Shown one piece after another: positions 56,229-64,000 of a stretch of DNA of 64,000 nucleotides. The stretch is from positions 1,820 through 65,819 of the forward strand of contig NZ_CANLSL010000007.1 of assembly GCF_947493735.1 (NCBI RefSeq), in the 5' to 3' direction. Every line of letters starts with the position of its first letter. The stretch's first letter is position 1. A model generated the notes under the pieces. The model saw nothing but the letters and a program-made list of their open reading frames with translations, had not been told where the DNA came from and ran no database searches. The stretch is from an uncultured Acinetobacter sp. (GTDB lineage: Bacteria; Pseudomonadota; Gammaproteobacteria; Pseudomonadales; Moraxellaceae). The position numbers were made by a program, and so were the translations under genes.

Positions 56229-57149
56229 TTAGCCCAAAGTCTGCTCTAAAATTGTCAAACAGAGTTGATCGAAATTGAGTCCAATCGCTTGTGCTGCTTT
56301 CGGTACAAGTGAGTGATCTGTCATACCTGGAACGGTATTCACTTCAAGTAACCAAAAATTTCCTTGCTCATCACGCATGGCATCAATACGCCCCCAACCT
56401 GATGCACCAACGGCTTGAAAAGCACGCAGTGCCAATTCTTTCAAATGCTTTTCGTCAGCATCAGAAAGTCCTGATGGAATGCCATATTGGGTATCGTTAC
56501 GTTTATATTTTGCTTCATAGTCGTAGAACGCCACATCTTTCGGCGGTTCTAAGCGAATCACAGGTAAAGCTTCACCATTTAAAATGACCACAGTATATTC
56601 TGAGCCTGTGATCCATTGCTCCGCCATGACGATCGAATCGTGCGTAGTTGCTTTAGATAATGCCGTAGAAAATTCTTCGGCTTTCTCCACTTTACTCATG
56701 CCGATGCTTGAGCCTTCGTGTACAGGCTTGATGATCAGTGGTAGACCAAGCTTATCAATCACTTCATTGAAGTTGGTATCTGCTGTGATCAAACGATATG
56801 GCGCAGTTGGCAATTCGCTACCTTGCCAAATTTGTTTGGTTTTCACCTTATCCATGCCGATTGCAGAGCCTTGCACAGGTGTTCCAGTGTACGGAATATT
56901 GAGCCAGTCCAATACGCCTTGAATTTGACCATCTTCACCGCCACGACCATGCAAAAGGATAAATGCACGATCATACGCTGTAAGCTCTGTCACAGGACGA
57001 GTAAGCGGGTCAAAAGCTTCCGCATTGACACCACTACGTAGTAAGGCATCGAGGACAGATTGTCCACTATTGAGTGACACTTGGCGTTCCGCAGATTTTC
57101 CACCGAGTAATACCGCAACTTTTCCAAATTTATCTTGCACCTGTGACAC
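56229..57149 (-). CDS. ddl: D-alanine--D-alanine ligase
   Basis: 306-aa ATP-grasp protein ('FILLHGRGGEDG', 'LEVNTVPGMT'). Confidence 0.95.
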   Translation of the reverse strand: MSQVQDKFGKVAVLLGGKSAERQVSLNSGQSVLDALLRSGVNAEAFDPLTRPVTELTAYDRAFILLHGRGGEDGQIQGVLDWLNIPYTGTPVQGSAIGMDKVKTKQIWQGSELPTAPYRLITADTNFNEVIDKLGLPLIIKPVHEGSSIGMSKVEKAEEFSTALSKATTHDSIVMAEQWITGSEYTVVILNGEALPVIRLEPPKDVAFYDYEAKYKRNDTQYGIPSGLSDADEKHLKELALRAFQAVGASGWGRIDAMRDEQGNFWLLEVNTVPGMTDHSLVPKAAQAIGLNFDQLCLTILEQTLG

Positions 57150-57262
57150 GGTGAATTCCTTATTTCAAACAACTAAAATTTTAAAAACTTGCTCAATGAA
57201 CTAGGTAAAGTTTTACTCAGTCAATTGAGTTGAAATCTCATATAAAACGCAAATCAAAACAT

Positions 57263-58717
57263 TTATGCGTTGAGGTAGAGTCCATTTTGCGCCAATTCAA
57301 CCGAAACTGCGCCAACATTACCTGCACCTTGTGTTAATAACAGATCATTTGCTTGTAACAAATTCTTTAATACGCTCGGTAATTGACCATCAACAGGGTC
57401 GATGATAATCGGTTCAACTTGTCCACGCAAACGAATTGCCCGTGCAAGACTGCGACTATCTGCACCGACGATTGGTTTTTCTCCCGCAGGATACACTTCC
57501 ATCAACAGTAGCGCATCGACTTGTGACAGCACATCAACAAAGTCATCAAAACAATCACGTGTACGGCTAAAACGATGCGGTTGGAATAATAGCACTAAGC
57601 GACGATCAGGATGGCTTTGGCGAGCTGCTTTGATGGTCGCTTCGACTTCTTTTGGATGGTGTCCATAGTCGTCAACCAGTTTTACTGTACCATTGTCTTT
57701 GGCATATTCGCCTTGGACTTGGAAGCGACGACCTACGCCATTGAAACCTTCTAATGCACGAGCAATCGCTGCGTCTGACACACCTTCATCAGTGGCGACA
57801 CCAATCGCTGCCAAAGCATTAAGTATATTGTGCATGCCGGGCTGATTAATGGTGAGGCGCAGTGGCTCACGATCTTTACGCAGTACGGTAAAGTGAGATT
57901 GCATACCGTCTTGCTCAACATCTATGGCACGAATGTCATTATCTTCTTCAAAACCATACGTCAGCACAGGACGACCGATACGAGGCATGATTTCACGGAT
58001 ATTGGCATCATCGCCACAGACCACGGCTAAACCGTAAAAGGGTAGTTTATGTAAAAATTGAATAAAAGTATCTTTTAAAGTGTCAAAGCTACCGCCATAG
58101 GTGTCCATATGGTCGGCATCGATATTGGTCACAATCGCTGCCATCGGCTCAAGATAGAGAAAAGAGGCATCAGATTCGTCTGCTTCGGCAACGATATAAC
58201 GACTTGCACCAAGTGCTGCGTTGACTCCAGTACGATTCAGCAAACCGCCGATCACATAGGTTGGATCAAGGTTTTCTTCAGCAAGCATACAGGTCAGAAG
58301 ACTGGTCGTTGTGGTTTTACCATGTGTCCCTGCGACCGCAATGCCGTGACGATAGCGCATGAGTTCACCGAGCATTTCAGCACGGCGTACCACAGGGATA
58401 CGATGCTCATTTGCGGTTTGAATTTCAGGATTTTCTAGATCAATCGCCGTGGATACCACTAAGACATTGGCGCCATCAATATTACTTGCTTGATGCCCGA
58501 TAAAGACTTCGATGCCATTTTTTTCAAGCTGCGCAGTCGTTTTTGAGGCTTTAATATCTGAGCCAGACACTTTATAGCCTTGGTTTTTCAAAACCTCAGC
58601 AATACCACACATGCCTGCACCGCCAATCCCTACAAAGTGAATATGCTTGATACGGCGCATTTCAGGGATTTTAATCAGTTGTTTGGCTTCTGTTGCGGTG
58701 AATGTGGTATCTGACAT
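57263..58717 (-). CDS. murC: UDP-N-acetylmuramate--L-alanine ligase
   Basis: '[18 protein letters not shown]' and '[13 protein letters not shown]'. Confidence 0.96.
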   Translation of the reverse strand: MSDTTFTATEAKQLIKIPEMRRIKHIHFVGIGGAGMCGIAEVLKNQGYKVSGSDIKASKTTAQLEKNGIEVFIGHQASNIDGANVLVVSTAIDLENPEIQTANEHRIPVVRRAEMLGELMRYRHGIAVAGTHGKTTTTSLLTCMLAEENLDPTYVIGGLLNRTGVNAALGASRYIVAEADESDASFLYLEPMAAIVTNIDADHMDTYGGSFDTLKDTFIQFLHKLPFYGLAVVCGDDANIREIMPRIGRPVLTYGFEEDNDIRAIDVEQDGMQSHFTVLRKDREPLRLTINQPGMHNILNALAAIGVATDEGVSDAAIARALEGFNGVGRRFQVQGEYAKDNGTVKLVDDYGHHPKEVEATIKAARQSHPDRRLVLLFQPHRFSRTRDCFDDFVDVLSQVDALLLMEVYPAGEKPIVGADSRSLARAIRLRGQVEPIIIDPVDGQLPSVLKNLLQANDLLLTQGAGNVGAVSVELAQNGLYLNA

Positions 58718-58777
58718 AGTTTTTCTCTAAAAAATCGTTTTCTAAATCGTTTGTTGAATTCGCTTGGGTAAGTGGCT

Positions 58778-59893
58778 TTATAAGCTTTCAACAAGTTCAG
58801 CAACATGTGCTGTCGCTTGGCTTTGCGCTTGTTGTCGAGCCTTGCTTGCCATAGTTAAAAGAACATCTCTCGACATTAATGGCGCAAGCAATTGCTGTAA
58901 ACTTTCAGCAGTCATCGTTGCTTGAGGGCAAATTTGTGCTGCACCAACATCTGCCAAGTAATGTGCATTTGCGGTTTGATGATCATCTACCGCAGACGGC
59001 AAAGGAATAAAAATCGCCGCCACACCTGCGGTTGCCACTTCGGTCACCGTGAGCGCACCCGCACGACAAATGATTAAATCAGCTTGGCTGTAGGCAAGTG
59101 CCATATCTTCAATAAATGGTAAAACTTGGACTGCAAAGCCATCAACTTTTTGCAGGGCCTCATAGCGTTGCTCGGTAGATTCAAGTTGTTGTTGACCGCA
59201 TTGATGACGCACTTGCATCGGTAAATTCAACCCAGTCAGTGCAGCAGGAATATGTTCATTCAATGCTTGTGCACCAAGTGAGCCACCAACAATGAGAATT
59301 TGTAAGGCTCGCTGTTCTGCATCACGTTGTTGATAGCGTTGCTCAGGCGCAGGAATCTGACAAATCTCCTGACGTACAGGATTGCCAGTAGTGATCAACT
59401 TTGAAGATTCTCGAAACGCCTTCGGAAACGCCTGACACACGGTTTTTGCAATCCGTGCAAGCTGTGTATTGGTAAAGCCTGCAACCGCATTTTGCTCGTG
59501 GATTAATACAGGAATACCAAGTATTCGCGCAGCCAATCCGCCTGGTCCGGACACATAACCGCCAAAACCTGCTACCGCATCAATTTTTAATGATTTCATA
59601 ATCCGCATTGCTGCGATCGTTGCGCCAAGTATTTTAAATGGTGCTTTTAGTTTGCGAACAATACCATTACCACGCACACCTTGAATGTCGATTTGATGAA
59701 TTGGAATATCATGTTGTTTTAATAGACGATTTTCCATGCCGTTTGGTGTGGCAAGCCAAGAGATTTGATGATCACGTTGCTGTAATGCTTTGGCAACTGC
59801 AAGCGCAGGGAAGACATGACCGCCAGTGCCCGCTGCCATCATCATAATGCGTCGACTAGGTTTTGATTGTGGATTTGAATGCTCAGAAGTCAC
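58778..59893 (-). CDS. murG: Undecaprenyldiphospho-muramoylpentapeptide beta-N-acetylglucosaminyltransferase
   Basis: 'MMAAGTGGHVFPALAVA' G-loop and 'ICRAGALTVTE'. Confidence 0.95.
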   Translation of the reverse strand: MTSEHSNPQSKPSRRIMMMAAGTGGHVFPALAVAKALQQRDHQISWLATPNGMENRLLKQHDIPIHQIDIQGVRGNGIVRKLKAPFKILGATIAAMRIMKSLKIDAVAGFGGYVSGPGGLAARILGIPVLIHEQNAVAGFTNTQLARIAKTVCQAFPKAFRESSKLITTGNPVRQEICQIPAPEQRYQQRDAEQRALQILIVGGSLGAQALNEHIPAALTGLNLPMQVRHQCGQQQLESTEQRYEALQKVDGFAVQVLPFIEDMALAYSQADLIICRAGALTVTEVATAGVAAIFIPLPSAVDDHQTANAHYLADVGAAQICPQATMTAESLQQLLAPLMSRDVLLTMASKARQQAQSQATAHVAELVESL

Positions 59894-59971
59894 GATAGGG
59901 CTTAAATGATTAAATGTGGATTAAACGAATTATTGTAATCTCAATGCGAGTGAACGCAAGCGAAATATTGC

Positions 59972-59992
59972 GCTGTGACAAATTGTCACAGC
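59972..59992. repeat. Perfect 9-bp-arm palindrome upstream of murG
   Basis: GCTGTGACA-AAT-TGTCACAGC, read directly. It contains TGTGA-N7-TCACA, which is one base longer than a CRP/Vfr-type spacing. Confidence 0.6.
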
Positions 59993-59997
59993 ACAAT

Positions 59998-60140
59998 TTT
60001 GGAAGTCTTGAAAAAAGCGCCTACGTAGGCAAACTTCTGCGTTGCTACTTGCTCGCAATCCTCATGTACAAGACGTACACTACGGTTGCTGTGCGAGGTG
60101 CGCCTTGAAATTTACGCTACTCGCTCGCTTTTTCCAAACC
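59998..60140. repeat. REP-like structured non-coding element
   Basis: Inverted ends (CTTGAAAAAAGCG ... CGCTTTTTCCAA), the internal palindrome CCTACGTAGG, direct repeats GCTACTTGCTCGC and GCTACTCGCTCGC, and a CTCGCA ... TGCGAG stem. Confidence 0.3.
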
Positions 60141-60159
60141 ACCAATAAAGGTACTCAGT

Positions 60160-61506
60160 TTACTTCATCAAGCTTTCAGCACGAAGCGCCGTCAAAATAC
60201 GCTGACCTGCACGACCAGTTGTCGGCAGTCCAAGACGTTGTTGTTCTATGCGAATTGCTTGACGACTTTTATCACCGATCAAGCCATCCACATCACCAAT
60301 AGCATGACCACGTTGAAGTAATAAGGTTTGGATTTCACGACGTTCTGCACGAGAGGTGCCTGCGTCATCGGTTGGCCACGAAGCTTGGATGCCCGATTTA
60401 CCTTGTAAGCGATCTGAGAGCATGGCAATGGCGAGGGCATAGCTTTCAGCAGCATTATAGCTATACAGTGCATCGAAGTTTTTAAAGACTAAGAATTTCG
60501 GACCATTCTCACCAGCAGGCGCAAGTAAACCTGCTTGGCTTGAACCACTTAAATTGCCTTGAATCACTTGAGAGCCATCAATACGTGTGACACCTTTAGC
60601 AACCCAATAGCTGAGAGACTTTTTATTACGACGACCTTCACCGCCAACATAATAGCCATCAGGCACACTCACCTCAAAGCCCCACGGCATGCCCGATTGC
60701 CAACCTGCTTTATCTAGAAAGTTTGCAGTGGAAGCGAGCGCATCAGGAACGCTTGATACTAAGTCACGACGACCATCACCATCAAAATCAACTGCTAAAC
60801 GATCATAAGTCGAAGGCATAAATTGGGTATGACCAAATGCGCCTGCCCATGAACCTTTCAGTTGATCTTCGGTGAGATCGCCACGTTGTAAGATTTTCAA
60901 AGTCGTGAAAAACTCACCACGAAAATACGACTGACGACGACCTTCACAGCTGAGCGTACCCAGTGCTTGTAAAAGCGGATATTTTCCTGAAATATTGCCA
61001 TAGTTACTTTCTACACCCCATACCGCAGCAATGGTTTCGGCAGGTACGCCATATTGTGTCGATGCACGATTCAGTGCGCTACGATGTTGTGCCATATTTT
61101 TTTGTCCATCATCGACACGTTCTTGATCAACCAATCCTGACAAATAATCCCAAATATCGGTGCTAAACTCAGGTTGATAATTTAACTTATCAATTACCGA
61201 ATAGTCAGGCGTAAGAGATTGGGTATAGCGGTCATAAGTTGCACCTGATACACCTTTGGCAATGGCACTTGAGCGTAAGTCGGCAAGACAGCTTTGGAAG
61301 TTGTTAGCTGCTTGATATTGTTGTGATTGATAGTTTCCAGAAGTGGTGTTTGAACTTGATGAAATCATTGTTGAAGTGTTATTTCCATTAATCGGTACTG
61401 GCTGTCCATTAATGGTGAGCCCAGCATGCGCACTACCACTTAGAATAGCGACACCCGCCACGACAATATTTAATCTTGATAATGCAAAACGCATAGTAAA
61501 CCTCAA
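60160..61506 (-). CDS. Lytic murein transglycosylase (MltB/SltB family) with a C-terminal peptidoglycan-binding domain
   Basis: Signal peptide, 'VWGVESNYG' catalytic-Glu motif, 'GAFGHTQFMPSTY', and the C-terminal 'LLLQRGHAIGDVDGLIGDKSRQAI' PG_binding_1-like repeat. Confidence 0.85.
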   Translation of the reverse strand: MRFTMRFALSRLNIVVAGVAILSGSAHAGLTINGQPVPINGNNTSTMISSSSNTTSGNYQSQQYQAANNFQSCLADLRSSAIAKGVSGATYDRYTQSLTPDYSVIDKLNYQPEFSTDIWDYLSGLVDQERVDDGQKNMAQHRSALNRASTQYGVPAETIAAVWGVESNYGNISGKYPLLQALGTLSCEGRRQSYFRGEFFTTLKILQRGDLTEDQLKGSWAGAFGHTQFMPSTYDRLAVDFDGDGRRDLVSSVPDALASTANFLDKAGWQSGMPWGFEVSVPDGYYVGGEGRRNKKSLSYWVAKGVTRIDGSQVIQGNLSGSSQAGLLAPAGENGPKFLVFKNFDALYSYNAAESYALAIAMLSDRLQGKSGIQASWPTDDAGTSRAERREIQTLLLQRGHAIGDVDGLIGDKSRQAIRIEQQRLGLPTTGRAGQRILTALRAESLMK

Positions 61507-61706
61507 AAATTATTTTTAAATTTCATTGACCTTAACATGATTCTTTCGGTAATTCAGAGTGGATTGCGTAAAGGAGTTTTGCATTGTCTTCATTTTGACT
61601 CCTTTTTTCATTGTCTAAGAAATAACGGTCTCATTACAAAAATTAGAATTTCTATATGCAAATCGCAATCAACAGTGCAATTTTAATTGAAATTTGTTTA
61701 TAATAG

Positions 61707-63200
<1,494 letters not shown>

Positions 63201-63256
63201 GATAATGATTTAAAAAGATCTGTTGAACAGATATTGTTTTTGAATCGTGAATATTG

Positions 63257-63287
63257 AAAACAGTCATCTACAGATGGCTGTTTTTTA
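63257..63287 (+). terminator. Intrinsic terminator after guaB
   Basis: ACAGTCATC-TACA-GATGGCTGT (one G-U) followed by TTTTTT. Confidence 0.7.
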
Positions 63288-63340
63288 TTGTAAGATAGAG
63301 CAAATTTGTTCTACGCAAAAAATGATATAAGAGATTATTG

Positions 63341-64000
63341 ATGAGTTATTTTGGCACGGATGGAATACGTGGACAGTTTGGTCAAACACCAATTACCCCA
63401 GAGTTTGCTTTAAGGCTTGGTTTTGCCGCTGGATCTGTGCTTAAACGCATTTTTCCAAAGAAAAAGCCAATTGTGGTGATGGGTAAAGATACAAGGCTGT
63501 CAGGCTATATCTTGGAATCTGCATTACAAGCAGGATTAAATTCGGCGGGCGTATACGTACATTTGCTTGGTCCATTGCCGACTCCTGCGATTGCCCATCT
63601 TACTCGTGCGCTACATGCCAATGCAGGGATTGTAATTTCGGCATCACATAATCCTTATTTTGATAATGGTATTAAGTTTTTTTCCAATGAAGGAAAAAAG
63701 CTTGCAGATGAAATCCAAGAACAAATCAATCAAGAGCTTGAAAAAGACATTTTCATCCAAGAACCTAATCAGTTAGGTAAAAGCTTTCGTGTCGATGATG
63801 CGCAAGGGCGCTATATCGAGTTTTGTAAATCAACCTTCCCATATCATCTGAATTTGCAAGACTTTACCATCGTCATGGATTGCGCCAATGGTGCAGCCTA
63901 TAGCGTTGGCCCCGCGGTATTTCGTGAACTTGGTGCAAAAGTCATTAGCATTTTTGATCAACCGAATGGCACCAATATTAATGAGCAGTGTGGTTCGACC
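63341..64000 (+). CDS. glmM: Phosphoglucosamine mutase, 5' part (runs off the right window edge)
   Basis: Hand translation gives '[14 protein letters not shown]...' and the active-site '[16 protein letters not shown]'. The frame is open to base 64000. Not in the ORF track because there is no stop in the window. Confidence 0.9.
   Translation, partial: MSYFGTDGIRGQFGQTPITPEFALRLGFAAGSVLKRIFPKKKPIVVMGKDTRLSGYILESALQAGLNSAGVYVHLLGPLPTPAIAHLTRALHANAGIVISASHNPYFDNGIKFFSNEGKKLADEIQEQINQELEKDIFIQEPNQLGKSFRVDDAQGRYIEFCKSTFPYHLNLQDFTIVMDCANGAAYSVGPAVFRELGAKVISIFDQPNGTNINEQCGST

Noticed and set aside
59914-60302. Two plus-strand ORFs (64 aa and 86 aa) between murG and the lytic transglycosylase gene
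   Set aside because: They overlap the palindrome and REP-like element and the 3' end of the minus-strand transglycosylase gene. The translations are low-complexity with no RBS.

Overview
This window looks like the chromosomal replication-origin region of a low-GC gammaproteobacterium. Gene order and protein sequences resemble Acinetobacter/Moraxellaceae, but that assignment is inference only. The core is rpmH-rnpA-yidD-yidC-mnmE (minus strand), then a roughly 0.9 kb oriC with four perfect DnaA boxes and a 45-bp pure A/T tract, then dnaA-dnaN-recF-gyrB (plus strand). The rest is almost entirely housekeeping. It includes thiC behind a TPP riboswitch, nudF-cpdA, dksA-gluQ, murD-ftsW, acs, mpl, rsmE-waaA, prfB with its programmed +1 frameshift, purEK, pepD, aceEF, murG-murC-ddl-ftsQAZ-lpxC, guaB and a partial glmM. 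I found no CRISPR array, transposase, integrase, phage genes, tRNA or rRNA genes, or recognisable defence system. The interesting signals are non-coding. (1) A candidate Rsm/Csr-family small RNA lies between pepD and aceF: four hairpins present GGA in their loops, with a GacA-box-like palindrome upstream and an intrinsic terminator downstream. (2) Four near-consensus parS sites flank oriC. (3) A second DnaA-box cluster lies upstream of purE. (4) The SGI1/AGI1-type attachment sequence at the mnmE 3' end appears unoccupied, and a repeat- and palindrome-dense 770-bp non-coding tract sits next to it. (5) An 18-kb block of essential genes lies head-on to replication as inferred from the oriC position. 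Everything here was read by eye from the sequence and the ORF track. No searches or computations were run.
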